Below are positions 1 to 9,785 of a DNA stretch of 64,000 bases, piece by piece; the stretch's first letter is position 1, and the number at the start of each line of letters is the position of its first letter. The DNA comes from Candidatus Latescibacterota bacterium (GTDB lineage Bacteria; Latescibacterota; UBA2968; UBA8231): contig OZ244561.1 in NCBI GenBank assembly GCA_965217585.1, positions 882,888 to 946,887 of the forward strand, written 5' to 3'. Below the pieces are notes generated by a model. It saw nothing but the letters and a program-made list of their open reading frames with translations. It was not told where the DNA came from and did not search any database. The position numbers and the translations under genes were made by a program.

Positions 1-546
1 GGTCATAATCTCAAAGGGCAACTGGAAGCGCTGAGAGAGTTCGTCCTGCCATTGCTCGGCGAGGCTGCCGGGGCAGACGATCAGGCACCGTTCGAGATCT
101 CCACGGGCGATCAACTCCCTGATGAGTAGGCCCGCCATGATGGTCTTACCGGCACCCGGATCGTCGGCGAGGAGAAAGCGCAGCGGCTGGCGCGGTAGCA
201 TGGATTCGTACACCGCGGTGATCTGATGGGGCAATGGCTCGACGACCGAGGTGTGGACTGCCAGTACGGGATCGAACAGATGCGCAAGGCGAATGCGCAG
301 GGCCTCAGACACCAGCCGGAATAGGGCCCCATCGCCGTCAAAGCTCCACGGCTGCCCCTGTTCGACTACTTCAATCCGCGCCTCGTCAGAGCGGTAGAGC
401 AGCTCATTGGCCACCTTGCCGTCCGGCGTCTTGTAGGTCAGTTCCAGGGCCTCGGAGCCAAACCACTGCACGCTGACGACCACCACGAGGCCATCGGTGA
501 GAATGCCGCGCACTGCGGCGTTAGGCTGGAGGTCTTCGAGCGTCAC
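1..546 (-). CDS. SF2 (SNF2/DEAD-like) helicase, N-terminal 182 codons only; gene runs off the left edge
   Basis: Hand translation of the minus strand from GTG at 546 is open to base 1: VTLEDLQPNAAVRGILTDG...VVEPLPHQITAVYESMLPRQPLRFLLADDPGAGKTIMAGLLIRELIARGDLERCLIVCPGSLAEQWQDELSQRF. PHQ (Q-motif-like), Walker A DDPGAGKT and CPxSLxxQW match helicase motifs Q/I/Ia. It is absent from the ORF track because it has no stop in the window. It starts 8 nt after the DUF499 stop. Confidence 0.8.
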   Translation of the reverse strand, partial: MTLEDLQPNAAVRGILTDGLVVVVSVQWFGSEALELTYKTPDGKVANELLYRSDEARIEVVEQGQPWSFDGDGALFRLVSEALRIRLAHLFDPVLAVHTSVVEPLPHQITAVYESMLPRQPLRFLLADDPGAGKTIMAGLLIRELIARGDLERCLIVCPGSLAEQWQDELSQRFQLPFEIMT

Positions 547-553
547 TCTCGAC

Positions 554-3500
554 CTATTCCCGTTCAAAACCCTGGCTGGAGAACTTGAGCGTCCGGCTGT
601 TCTCGGTGACGGTGCGCACGACGTGATCGGGCGCACCCGAGGGGATTTCGGCTTCTATCTCTAGGGTCACGGTCACTTTCGCACCTACCAAGCCGGAGAG
701 ATGGGCAATGACCTCATCGGCAATCTGGCTTGCGTCGCGGCCGACGCGGGTAGCATCGAGGGTCACGGCCCCGTGAAAGCGCCGCGCTTTCTGCTCAGGT
801 GGGGGAGGCGTTGGCTCTGGATGGGTGCCGGTACCGGCCGACGCGCTGGCATTCGTCTCAGCGACGCCGACGCCCGCCCCGGTTGCCGATGACGCTGGCT
901 CTGCCTCCTGCTGTGCGATCGCGGCTGCGGGCTTGACTAGCAGCCCATCGCTCGCAGGATCAAGCAGGGGGACCTCACGGCCACAGCGGAGTCCGCGATA
1001 GCGGCTCGTGGCTTCATCGAAGGCATCGGCATAAGCGAACGATTCATCTCTCCAGAGGAGAAGCCCCAACCCGTCTTGAATGGCTGCAATTAGGACCTCT
1101 GGACCAGCGAGACGGGGCAGGTAGAGATAGCGGGCGAAGTGGTCTGCCAACTGGCGGATTTCTACGTGATCGCCACGCCACAAGGGCACCCGGTCGAGTT
1201 CCATTCGCAGGCGCGTGCCCGCGAGCGCCGGTACCAACAGCTCTTCCGACCGCAGTTTCTTGCTGGCGCGCACGGCGAGCGGGTCCTGCCCAGCCAGCCG
1301 CAGAGCCTGCCACTCGACTGCCGCTTGGGGTGTGGACTGCACTGGCACTAGGAGCCACTGGTAGGCCTCCGGCAGCCGTCCCACCACGGCACCATCCTCC
1401 GACTTCAACTGTGCTTCGGCCTGCCGCACCTGATGCGGGTCGAGGTTCAGGGTCTCTTTGTCTTGGAGGATGGACGACCACGCCAACCAGCGACGAACCG
1501 CTTCATCCAGGTCCTGCAAGCGGGTCTGGTCCACGGCGAGGAAGACCAGCGTATTGCGAAAGAGGCGCGGGGTGTTGCCGCGATTTTCAAGTATGGCGGT
1601 GGCCGCGGCCTGCGCCTTGCTGTTCGACCCGCTGCTGTGCGGGTGCTCAGTCCCCAGCACCACCAGACGAGCGTCCATATCGTCGGGGATGTCAGCGCCG
1701 GATTGCGGCACCGTATGGATGCGCTGGAAATCGCCCGTGCTGCGTAAATCGGCACGCAACCGCTGCTCGATCTCAGCCACCACCGGCGCGGGATCGCGCC
1801 TGAATTGATCGGCCCGGTCTTCCGCCAGCTTAGTGACAGTCGGCTGTGTTGAGTACCAGTAGCGCGGGCCATCCTGATAGAGAAAGGTCGCCTGCGTGCT
1901 CAGACGACGCAGGGCATCGCCAAAGATCGCCGGTGTTTCACCCGGCATTGCGGAGCCGAGCTTTATGCGGCGGTCCTCAATGCCGCGATTGGCTACCGAG
2001 GTCGTCGGTGCAGAGCCGAGGTACACGGTGCGCGCCACCCGACGAGTCGCCGAGAACTTGCCTAGGTTCGCCACCTCGCCGTCAATGTGCTGCGGCAGCG
2101 CATTCGGGCCATCCACATCCGCCTCGATGATCGGCGTCCAGTTGTCGGACAGATAGCGGGTCAACTCGTTGCGGACGTGCAGGTCGTCGATGGGGATGTG
2201 CGCTGGCATGATCAGCGGGTTGCGGTCGCCGCGTTCCCACAGACTGTGGATGACCGCGGCCATCAGACGCAGGACGCCACGGGTGCGCTGAAATTTCACT
2301 AGTGCGGACCAGTCCGTGTAGAGCCGGTCAAAGACCTCGGGATGGATTGGATAGGCGGCACGCAGGCGACGCTCGTAGTCGGCATCTCGACATTCGGCAG
2401 GGAACTCCTGCTGCTGGGCGCGGTAGAAGTCGGCGAAGGTGCGTGAGACATTGTCGCGGGCCGTGAATTGCTCGCGCTCGCTCAAGGGTTCAAATAGGCG
2501 GCGGCGCACGATCTCGAAGCCTTCTTCGGTACTCGCCGGCGTCCATGAGGATTCGACGCGGCCAATGACATTCTTGAGCCGCGCCAGCGCCGCCCGGCCA
2601 CGGAGGCCACCGACTTCCTCGTCTTCACCTTGGGCATGGGGGGAGGTCGCCGTATCCGATGACGGCAAGCTGATCACCAGCAGGCAACAATTCGCCGCCC
2701 GCGCGGATTCGGTCAAGGTCTGGGCAAAGCTGAAGTGGGTTTCAAAACTGCCGGCTGGCAGGTCTGCGTCGTCGTGCAACTGGCGGGCGTAGGCAACCCA
2801 TTCGTCGATCAGAATGAGGCACGGGCCGTATTCGTTCATCAGTTCGCGGAGGATGTCGCCTGGGTTGGTGGCGCGCTCGTCGTCTTGTCGCACTTTGTCG
2901 AATGCCGCTTTGCCGCCGAGTTGCCAAGCGAGTTCGCCCCACAGCGTCCTGACCAAGGTGCCGTCGTCTTTTGCCGACGGGTTGCCGGGCGAGATCTTGT
3001 TGCCGACCAGCACGACTCGTTTGACGTGGTCGGGCCGTGCGGCGATTTCGGTTGACGCGATCAGGTCGTCGATGCCGAGCAACTCGCCGGTTGGCATTCC
3101 AGAGAATAGATGGTACAGGGCTAGCATCGAGTGGGTCTTGCCGCCACCGAAGTTGGTCTGTAGTTCCACCACTGGATCGCCGCCCTGACTGCTCAGCCGC
3201 TGCATCGCTCCGCTGAGCAGGCTCTTCAGGCTCTCCGTCAGATAGGTGCGGCGAAAAAACTCCGCTGGGTTGCGGTACTCGTCCGTGCCTTCACCGATAT
3301 GGACCTGCCACAGGTCCGCGGCGAACTCGGCCTGCTGGTAGCCGCCGCTGGCCACGTCGCGATGCGGGGCCACGACCTCGCGCCAGGGCTTCAGGCTGCC
3401 GGTGGCTTGGCTCTCAACGGTGGTGCCCGCGCCGCGCCGGCGTTCGCTGCGCGCCTGCTCCTCAAAGACCAGACGGCGCAGTTCCATCTTCATGCGATTG

Positions 3501-3892
3501 ACCTCGTCTGCTTGCGATGCGGAAACGGCCGTCAGCAGGCGGGCGACGGAGTCGAGAGTGCGGTCGGCGTCATCGCTGGAGAAGCTGTCTTGGTGCGCCC
3601 ACTTGTTGCGCTGGTCGCGGATTTCGTTGACGAGGCTGCGCTCGGCACGGCCCAGTACAGTGCGGAACACGTCGTTCCACGTTTCCCACATTAGCTTGAG
3701 GAGTGCGGCTACGTCCCACTGCTCTATGGGCTTGTCCGTCAGGTGTGGATCATCGACAAAGCGCCGGATCGTGTCCATATGTACGCCACCGGCCTTGATT
3801 TTGTCTTGGAGTTCGCGCTCGACAAATGGGCCAAGCCCGGCCTTGAGGAGTTCGAGTGCTTTGCCGACGCGTTCTTGATTGGTAATAGCCAT
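554..3892 (-). CDS. DUF499-type P-loop ATPase with N-terminal Swt1-like HEPN domain (1112 aa)
   Basis: ORF-track 1112-aa protein. N-terminus MAITNQERVGKALELLKAGLGPFVEREL...NEIRDQRNKWAHQDSF carries an Rx4H HEPN motif. Walker A is QTNFGGGKTHSML and Walker B-like is CLILIDEW. The size and the C-terminal VTLEIEAEIP tail are typical of DUF499 proteins found beside DUF1156 methylases. AAGGA lies 7 nt before the ATG. Confidence 0.85.
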   Translation of the reverse strand: MAITNQERVGKALELLKAGLGPFVERELQDKIKAGGVHMDTIRRFVDDPHLTDKPIEQWDVAALLKLMWETWNDVFRTVLGRAERSLVNEIRDQRNKWAHQDSFSSDDADRTLDSVARLLTAVSASQADEVNRMKMELRRLVFEEQARSERRRGAGTTVESQATGSLKPWREVVAPHRDVASGGYQQAEFAADLWQVHIGEGTDEYRNPAEFFRRTYLTESLKSLLSGAMQRLSSQGGDPVVELQTNFGGGKTHSMLALYHLFSGMPTGELLGIDDLIASTEIAARPDHVKRVVLVGNKISPGNPSAKDDGTLVRTLWGELAWQLGGKAAFDKVRQDDERATNPGDILRELMNEYGPCLILIDEWVAYARQLHDDADLPAGSFETHFSFAQTLTESARAANCCLLVISLPSSDTATSPHAQGEDEEVGGLRGRAALARLKNVIGRVESSWTPASTEEGFEIVRRRLFEPLSEREQFTARDNVSRTFADFYRAQQQEFPAECRDADYERRLRAAYPIHPEVFDRLYTDWSALVKFQRTRGVLRLMAAVIHSLWERGDRNPLIMPAHIPIDDLHVRNELTRYLSDNWTPIIEADVDGPNALPQHIDGEVANLGKFSATRRVARTVYLGSAPTTSVANRGIEDRRIKLGSAMPGETPAIFGDALRRLSTQATFLYQDGPRYWYSTQPTVTKLAEDRADQFRRDPAPVVAEIEQRLRADLRSTGDFQRIHTVPQSGADIPDDMDARLVVLGTEHPHSSGSNSKAQAAATAILENRGNTPRLFRNTLVFLAVDQTRLQDLDEAVRRWLAWSSILQDKETLNLDPHQVRQAEAQLKSEDGAVVGRLPEAYQWLLVPVQSTPQAAVEWQALRLAGQDPLAVRASKKLRSEELLVPALAGTRLRMELDRVPLWRGDHVEIRQLADHFARYLYLPRLAGPEVLIAAIQDGLGLLLWRDESFAYADAFDEATSRYRGLRCGREVPLLDPASDGLLVKPAAAIAQQEAEPASSATGAGVGVAETNASASAGTGTHPEPTPPPPEQKARRFHGAVTLDATRVGRDASQIADEVIAHLSGLVGAKVTVTLEIEAEIPSGAPDHVVRTVTENSRTLKFSSQGFERE

Positions 3893-3995
3893 GTCTTATT
3901 CCTTATAAATAGCTCTTGGTCGCCGTGCGACAGATTGCGCTCGTCCACGGTCCAAGTTGAGTTTCTTGGAGCCGAGGACGCAAACGAAGAAGTGA

Positions 3996-4025
3996 AGCAT
4001 AGTCAGTATTTGCAAGTCTTGGCAA
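3996..4025 (-). promoter_or_regulatory. Putative sigma70-type promoter of the DUF499-helicase operon (-35 TTGCCA, 18-nt spacer, -10 TATGCT)
   Basis: Minus-sense sequence: TTGCCA agacttgcaaatactgac TATGCT. It is nearly identical to the sequence at 11427-11456 upstream of the ATPase operon. The -10 lies about 100 nt upstream of the ATG at 3892. Confidence 0.45.
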
Positions 4026-4223
4026 TAGGACTTGACCGTAAAAACGAAAAGGCTAGCCCAGAGTTCACTGGGTGGATTTTTAGAGAGTACGCAGAAGGGT
4101 TGGCTTCCGCGGCGAAGGTACTTTGCTAATCCCTAAAGGTTTCACTCATGGGTTGTGTCCGATACAGGCGAACCCGGCACGGCCCTGGCCTCCCCGCTGT
4201 GCTTCGGCCTTGGCATGGATATT

Positions 4224-4300
4224 GCAATTAGGAATTACGAATAGCCCCAACCGACCCTCGTCCGGTTCGGACGGCTTGGTACGCTCTAATTCCTAATTGC
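4224..4300. repeat. 14-bp perfect inverted repeat (gcaattaggaatta / taattcctaattgc) separated by 49 bp, immediately upstream of the Rpn gene
   Basis: Read directly: 4224-4237 gcaattaggaatta and 4287-4300 taattcctaattgc are exact reverse complements. The right arm ends 12 nt before the ATG at 4313. Confidence 0.85.
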
Positions 4301-4312
4301 CAATAGATCGCC

Positions 4313-5221
4313 ATGGCCGAATTCGATACCATCTCCAAGCACTTCATCCACACCTACCCGGCCGACTTCGTCCGCTTCGCCCTCCAGCGCGATGACATCG
4401 AAGTCGTCGAAGTGCTGGACACTGAGCAACCTACGGTCGAAGTGCGCCGTACAGACAGCCTCCTCCGCATACGCATCGCTGGCGAGGACGCCTTAGTCCA
4501 CCACGAATTTCAAACCACCGACCACCCGGCCATGCCCCGCCGCATGGCCGGCTACATCGGCCGCAGTATCGAGCACTACGGCCTGCCGGTGTACGCCCAC
4601 GTCCTCTACCTGCGCCCGGCCTCCGGGCGACGTGACCCAGGGTACTATATTCAAGAGCATCCAGACTATCCGGTCGTGATCCGCTACAAAGTGATCCGCC
4701 TGAGCCAGCTCGCCGGTCAAGCCGTGCTCGACTGCGAGTTTGTGGGCTTGCTGCCCTTTGCGCCGTTGATGCAGCCGCCAGCCGGTCAGACCGAGGCGGC
4801 GTGGTTAGAGCAGTGTGTGGCACGGGCGGCAGCCCTGCCGCTGGATCGGTCGGTCAAGGCCGATTTTCTCGCGGGGCTGGCGATTTTGAGTGGGTTGGTG
4901 TATAATCCGCAGACGATCATGGCCATTGTTTCCAAGGAGAACCTCATGGACCTCATCCGCGAATCCTCCTTTGCCCAGTACCTCGCCGAAAATGCCCGTG
5001 AGGAGGGAATCAAGCAAGGCATTGAGCAAGGCATTGAGCAAGGGATCCAAGAAAGCATCCAAGAAGTGTTGGCCCTGCGCTTTCAGCCGGAGGATATGCA
5101 CTTGTTGGCCAGTCGCATTGGGGCCATTGACGATGTGCAGCGCCTCAAGCAGTTGCATCGGGCGGCCATCCAGATGCCCAGTCTCGCAGCCTTCAGGCGT
5201 CTGTTAAACGCCGACGAGTAG
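4313..5221 (+). CDS. Rpn-family recombination-promoting nuclease / putative transposase (PD-(D/E)xK) with DUF4351-like C-terminus
   Basis: 302 aa. The block DSLLRIRIAGEDALVHHEFQTTDHPAMPRRMAGYIGRSIEHYGLPVYAHVLYLRP is the conserved Rpn/YhgA-like core (D...E-F-Q). The C-terminus has the repeat EEGIKQGIEQGIEQGIQESIQEVLALRF, typical of the DUF4351 tail. Confidence 0.8.
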   Translation: MAEFDTISKHFIHTYPADFVRFALQRDDIEVVEVLDTEQPTVEVRRTDSLLRIRIAGEDALVHHEFQTTDHPAMPRRMAGYIGRSIEHYGLPVYAHVLYLRPASGRRDPGYYIQEHPDYPVVIRYKVIRLSQLAGQAVLDCEFVGLLPFAPLMQPPAGQTEAAWLEQCVARAAALPLDRSVKADFLAGLAILSGLVYNPQTIMAIVSKENLMDLIRESSFAQYLAENAREEGIKQGIEQGIEQGIQESIQEVLALRFQPEDMHLLASRIGAIDDVQRLKQLHRAAIQMPSLAAFRRLLNADE

Positions 5222-5330
5222 GCCCGCCGCGTAACCCGCCCGCCCGAGCCATAGGTCCGCGCACCCAAGGGATCACCACAAAACGCGCACCTGTCCTGCC
5301 TAAAGGCAGGGTGAAGCTGGCGTGACATAT

Positions 5331-5351
5331 AGTTTTGTTAGGGCCTCTTAG
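5331..5351. repeat. 21-bp repeat agttttgttagggcctcttag, copy 1 (identical copy at 32996-33016)
   Basis: Verified base by base. It is preceded by the hairpin cctgcc-taaa-ggcagg (5295-5310). Confidence 0.9.
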
Positions 5352-5362
5352 GTGCAGATGTA

Positions 5363-5638
5363 TCAACCACGCATCTTTCTGGCATTCTCGAAGTCCTTTT
5401 TTAACTCTTCACGAGTTAGATTCGCAACAGGAACTTTGTACGACTTCAAAATATCAAAAAAAGCCACTCTACCTAGGCCGGCGAGTTCTGCGGCCCGTCC
5501 TGAGGATAGGCGACCAATTTCATAGAGCTTTGCTGCCAAAAGTATTCGTGCTTCCTGTGCAAATTCATCAGGGGTTTCTTTTAGCGCATCTAGAATGTTG
5601 GCGGGGCATTCAATTTTTATAGACGTCATCTTCGGCAT
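5363..5638 (-). CDS. UPF0175-family antitoxin-like HTH protein
   Basis: MPKMTSIKIECPANILDALKETPDEFAQEARILLAAKLYEIGRLSSGRAAELAGLGRVAFFDILKSYKVPV matches the UPF0175 (COG2886) pattern. The ATG at 5638 is preferred over the TTG at 5680 in the ORF track. Confidence 0.7.
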   Translation of the reverse strand: MPKMTSIKIECPANILDALKETPDEFAQEARILLAAKLYEIGRLSSGRAAELAGLGRVAFFDILKSYKVPVANLTREELKKDFENARKMRG

Positions 5639-5682
5639 GGTGCTTGCCCTTGGTCTTGTTGTGTAGCTTGCGTTCGACAAAC

Positions 5683-6093
5683 TTATTCAGCGGTTGTGCG
5701 CCGCTCAAACTCGGCTGCTATCGAGTTGTAAACCTCTCGTGCCTGCGACACCGCCTGTTCGGCATCAGTCGCTGTGGCCTCTTGCCAATCGCCTGGATAC
5801 CGTGCCTCGACAGCCCATTCCGTCAATTGAGCAAGATCAGTGTGTGTACGCCGCACCGACCAAGTATCTGGGAGAAGGTTGCGCAAGGCATCTAGGTCGT
5901 GTCGGAACGGAAAGTCTATTCCCTCCAGTACCAGTGCTGCCTTCAACGCCTTTTCTGCAGCTTGCTGGGAGAGGAAACAGGCGTGACGAGGGGAGGACCC
6001 ATCCGCTGCTAGCAAGCGTTGTGCAGCATCGATATCCTCCGTCGCGAAACGAAGCCAGCGGCGAGCTTCGTCAACTAGTTCAGGGGCGTTCAT
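5683..6093 (-). CDS. HEPN domain protein (toxin half of an MNT/HEPN pair)
   Basis: 136 aa. SQQAAEKALKAALV...FRHDLDALRNLL...AVEARYPGD are the conserved HEPN (PF05168-type) blocks. It overlaps the MNT gene by 14 nt. Confidence 0.85.
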   Translation of the reverse strand: MNAPELVDEARRWLRFATEDIDAAQRLLAADGSSPRHACFLSQQAAEKALKAALVLEGIDFPFRHDLDALRNLLPDTWSVRRTHTDLAQLTEWAVEARYPGDWQEATATDAEQAVSQAREVYNSIAAEFERRTTAE

Positions 6094-6406
6094 AGAGAAC
6101 CTTCCCTTCGCGGAGAGCTGAACGCAACACGGTTCCCACGAGATGCCCGCGACGAGCGACTTCTTCGGGAGTCGCTACCACTATGTCCTTGCAGACTGGC
6201 AGATCGCCCAAGGCCCGGCGGATCTCGATAGCCGTGTGCCGCTTGTCGGACACATTGGGCAGAATTACGAGCAGGTCCACGTCGCTCCATTCGGTTGCCG
6301 TGCCCCGTGCATGGGACCCGAAGAGGACGACCCGCGAAGGCTGGAAGCCTCTCACGATGCGGTCCACCATAGTTGATATGAATGTTTCCGATGCGGCTAC
6401 GTTCAT
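6080..6406 (-). CDS. Minimal nucleotidyltransferase (MNT, antitoxin half of an MNT/HEPN pair)
   Basis: 108 aa. [24 protein letters not shown] is the GSxxRG...DxD polymerase-beta NTase motif. Its ATG (6404-6406) overlaps the methylase TGA (6403-6405) as ATGA. Confidence 0.85.
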   Translation of the reverse strand: MNVAASETFISTMVDRIVRGFQPSRVVLFGSHARGTATEWSDVDLLVILPNVSDKRHTAIEIRRALGDLPVCKDIVVATPEEVARRGHLVGTVLRSALREGKVLYERP

Positions 6407-9309
6407 GTTGCACCTCCCGCAGCTCCATCACCGAACAGCCCGCCCTGTTCGAGCGGTGCCTCCTGCCGCTCCTTGCGCGCCAGATCGGCGATTTCGGGCC
6501 AGCTCTGTACCAGGCTGTTGTAGGAGAGGGCTTCGGCGGCGCGGCGCTTGCGTTCGCAGATGGTGTAGAGGCGGTAGGCCAGTTCGCGGGCGATGTCGGC
6601 GGATGCGCCGAGTTGGGCCTCGACCCGCGCTGCTTCTGGCTCGCCGCCGGTTTCTAAGGCGCGGATTAGGTGGTGGACTGCTTCCCACACGGTGAGCCGG
6701 TCGTCGGTGGTTGGGTCCCAGTCGTCGGCTAACTCGTCTGGGCGCAGCAGGCGCACCTTGCCGGCGCTGGAGGCGAGGATGCCGCCTTCGACGATGCCGG
6801 CGATGCTGGTGTTTTTGGCTTTGGACAGGGTTTCGGCGACGCCGTATTCGCCTTCGTCGAAGCCTTGCTGCTCGAACCACGCCAAGGCCCAGCGGCTGTC
6901 GGCGTCAAAGTCGCCTTCCTGCTCGGCGAGCACTTCGTCGAGTAGCTGGTTGATGAGCGCTAGGGCCTCGCGCACCGAGACGGGATTGCCCTCGGCGTCG
7001 AGCACTTTGGCGTAGCGGGTGAATACCGCCATGCCGGGGCCGATGGCGGCTTGGGCGAGATCGACTGGGGCGATGTTGCCGGATTGCAGGTGGGCGAGGG
7101 CAGTGGGGAGCTCGGCCCTCAACGCGGCGACGAATTCGCGGCGGGTGGCCATTGGCGCATCGGCAGGGCGTTGGCGGCAGACGAGGACGATGCTGGAGGC
7201 GAGGGCGTTCTGTTCAAAGGCTCGGAGTCCCTTCGGTTGTTCAGTCCGCATCGGCCAAGTGCCGGTGACGGAGAAGCCTGACTGAATGACTGCGGCTAGG
7301 AAAGTCTCCCAGCCGGTGCTAGCAGTGCCGGTTTCGCCTTTGGTCTCGGACTGCTTGAAGGCATAGTAGATGGTGACAGGAAAACTGGGATGAGATTGTT
7401 CCGAAAGGCGGCGCATCGCCTGTGTCATACCGTCGAGGAAGAAGGTCTCTGCCGCGTCCTTACTCCCGTGTCGGTACGGGGTTGCCACCAACTCTTCGGC
7501 CTTCGGAACGGCGAGCGTAGCGAAGAGATCAGGAAACACCGGTTTTAGAGAGTGGCGCAGCCAGACGTAGAAAAAGTCCGACAGATCAGCGTAGACGATG
7601 TTGTCGTAATACGGAGGGTCGGTAGAGATGACTTTCGCGTCGGAGATTGTTTGGTTAACCGCATCCTCTTGGGAAGCTACAGAGGGGATCAACCGATTGA
7701 ACTGCTTATCTACGACTTCGCAAACAGACTTGACCGTTCCGAAGATATCGCCACCGGCACCTGCAAGTGGATTGGTCTCAGCGAAATCCCAGACCATTGG
7801 CAAAGCCTGTCTGCCGAATGTTGCGACAAGCCTGTCCATTCTGTGCTCCCATATACAAAGGCTCGTATTCCGATTGCAACCCTTACTCTGGGCAAACGCC
7901 AGATACACACCCATCGCCTCGGCATACGCCATCGCGCCAGCACCCTCATTCCGTAGCGGTCGTACGTCATTGGGCAAATCGGCGCTGGCGGCATCCTGCT
8001 TGACGCGCTCCATTGCTTCCGTTACCAAGTCGGAGAAGGTAGTCAGGGCGACCAGTTGGCGGGGGGTGAAGAGGTCTGCAAAGGTACTCATGCCGTAGAG
8101 AGGGAGCTGATCTCGACACTTACCGATTAATTCATTATCCGGCCGCCACTCTGGCGTCGCTTGGTCTGCAACCGCCTCCTGATCTGGCCTCGGCGCAAGA
8201 TAAACCCTGCCCCGATCTCCCCCGACCACGATCGCCATTAGCCGTGCCCCCATCCGCCCGGCCTGCCCCTCGGCCTTGATATAGCCCCCTGCAATCGGTG
8301 TCCCCGACATCACGCAGCGGAAGTTTGCTCCTCGCGCCAGCTTGGTCCCCACCTTCGCCGCCTCCGCATCCTCCGGCGTTCCCACCTTCACCACAAACCG
8401 ATACCCACGCCCCTCAATCACCGGCTCGACATACGCCTCCTTCCCCTTCTTCGTCGAAAGCATAAAGGTCGCGGCCAGCGGAACCTCCACATCGGCAAAC
8501 GCCGGATTCGGGCTTCTCACCGTCCGCGCCCACAGCCATGCAATCACCGTCAGCTTGCGCCCCTTGTATCGTTCAAGATCGGGCCGCTCCCGCACCATCT
8601 CCTCGGTAATCTCAACCTGCGGATACAGATGCCCAATGCGCCGCTTGGCCTCGTCGCGCATCCACTGGCCATAGTAGCGCACATCCTCGGCTAGCCCCTG
8701 CGCCCCCTTCCATTCGCGCTCGATCAGACTCCTTTCCTCGCGGGACACCGGATTCACCGGCGACTGACCGGCGAACTTCGGCGGTATCTCGATCATGGCC
8801 TTGTTGATGAGCACTGCCACCGGATTGAGGTCGCTGGCATGAGCCTCAAGCCCCAACCGCTGCGCTTCCAACGGCAAGGCACCGCCGCCAGCAAACGGAT
8901 CGTGAAAGGCCGGCAGCTTGTCCGGGTCGAACAGTTCGGCAGCGCGCGGATGATCGGCATGGTCGGCACAGGTTCGCCGCCAACTCTTGCGAATCTCCGT
9001 CCGCGCCCGTTCCAGCACCTTCTCGTTAGTGGTGTTTTCCCACTTCACCAATTCTTCGATGAGGCGAAACAGCCGCTCGCGCTCCTTTTCCTGGTCGGCC
9101 TCCGTAGGGAACAGATCGGGGCTGGCCGACGGATCATCGACCATCTGCGCAAAAATCACCGCCCGCGCCGCCGCCAACGGCCGCCGCGCCCACCACAAAT
9201 GCAGCGTACTCGGATGCCCGTGCCGAATCGACTTCTCCCGCGCCGACGCGGCATTGATCGCGTCGAGCGGCAGGGCGACTTCAATGAGCTTTTTGCGGGG
9301 AGCCGTCAT
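6403..9309 (-). CDS. DUF1156-type DNA methyltransferase (N6-adenine/N4-cytosine class)
   Basis: [60 protein letters not shown] is the DUF1156 signature N-terminus. Catalytic motif IV is [21 protein letters not shown]. The start is set at the internal ATG at 9309 because it forms an ATGA overlap with the upstream gene's stop. Confidence 0.9.
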   Translation of the reverse strand: MTAPRKKLIEVALPLDAINAASAREKSIRHGHPSTLHLWWARRPLAAARAVIFAQMVDDPSASPDLFPTEADQEKERERLFRLIEELVKWENTTNEKVLERARTEIRKSWRRTCADHADHPRAAELFDPDKLPAFHDPFAGGGALPLEAQRLGLEAHASDLNPVAVLINKAMIEIPPKFAGQSPVNPVSREERSLIEREWKGAQGLAEDVRYYGQWMRDEAKRRIGHLYPQVEITEEMVRERPDLERYKGRKLTVIAWLWARTVRSPNPAFADVEVPLAATFMLSTKKGKEAYVEPVIEGRGYRFVVKVGTPEDAEAAKVGTKLARGANFRCVMSGTPIAGGYIKAEGQAGRMGARLMAIVVGGDRGRVYLAPRPDQEAVADQATPEWRPDNELIGKCRDQLPLYGMSTFADLFTPRQLVALTTFSDLVTEAMERVKQDAASADLPNDVRPLRNEGAGAMAYAEAMGVYLAFAQSKGCNRNTSLCIWEHRMDRLVATFGRQALPMVWDFAETNPLAGAGGDIFGTVKSVCEVVDKQFNRLIPSVASQEDAVNQTISDAKVISTDPPYYDNIVYADLSDFFYVWLRHSLKPVFPDLFATLAVPKAEELVATPYRHGSKDAAETFFLDGMTQAMRRLSEQSHPSFPVTIYYAFKQSETKGETGTASTGWETFLAAVIQSGFSVTGTWPMRTEQPKGLRAFEQNALASSIVLVCRQRPADAPMATRREFVAALRAELPTALAHLQSGNIAPVDLAQAAIGPGMAVFTRYAKVLDAEGNPVSVREALALINQLLDEVLAEQEGDFDADSRWALAWFEQQGFDEGEYGVAETLSKAKNTSIAGIVEGGILASSAGKVRLLRPDELADDWDPTTDDRLTVWEAVHHLIRALETGGEPEAARVEAQLGASADIARELAYRLYTICERKRRAAEALSYNSLVQSWPEIADLARKERQEAPLEQGGLFGDGAAGGAT

Positions 9310-9785
9310 GTGCCGAGCGCCTTGGTCAACTGTTCTTTGCACTTGATCAACCGGACGGGCTCGGCAGTTCCATGAAACCGCACTTGGTTGTGCTTGGCCT
9401 TCAATGCGTTCCGTTCCGCCGTATGGATACCACCGCCGTAGGCCACGACAGGGCGGAAGTTGACAGCCATCGTATTAGGGATAAGCTGTTCGGCGGCGTG
9501 GGCTCCCGCTTTGAGTTGTCGGACGATTCCGCTGGTGTCCAATTGGCCTTTCTTCAACTCCAGCGGCACGACCCAGCCGGGCTTGCTATGATCCTCGGCG
9601 ACGAACAGGTAGTCGCAGCGTGTCTGATTCTTACCCAGTGGCGAGCCCTGTTCGTCGAAATCGATTACTAGGCGTGGTTGCGGCGCATCTTTTAGCGACA
9701 CCGAGCATCCTTCCTTCTTGATACCTCTGTTTTCAATACACGTATTATTAACCTTCCCGCGAACCATTCCCACCAATCCCGTCAT
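9306..9785 (-). CDS. Hypothetical 159-aa protein, putative PD-(D/E)xK (restriction-endonuclease/Hjc-like) nuclease
   Basis: [24 protein letters not shown] gives D58-x17-E76-L-K78 embedded in hydrophobic strand-like segments. There are ATGA overlaps with the ATPase gene (9782-9785) and the methylase gene (9306-9309). No other recognisable motif. Confidence 0.6.
   Translation of the reverse strand: MTGLVGMVRGKVNNTCIENRGIKKEGCSVSLKDAPQPRLVIDFDEQGSPLGKNQTRCDYLFVAEDHSKPGWVVPLELKKGQLDTSGIVRQLKAGAHAAEQLIPNTMAVNFRPVVAYGGGIHTAERNALKAKHNQVRFHGTAEPVRLIKCKEQLTKALGT

Noticed and set aside
5295-5310. Hairpin cctgcc-taaa-ggcagg downstream of the Rpn gene as a Rho-independent terminator
   Set aside because: It has only a 6-bp stem and no downstream T-run on either strand. 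It was kept only as part of the repeat context.
5331-5351. Possibility that the 21-mer (which contains GTTAGGG) is an integron attC core site, which would make the TA genes cassettes
   Set aside because: GTTAGGG does not fit GTTRRRY at the last position. No inverse core site is positioned appropriately, and no intI integrase or attI is present in the window.
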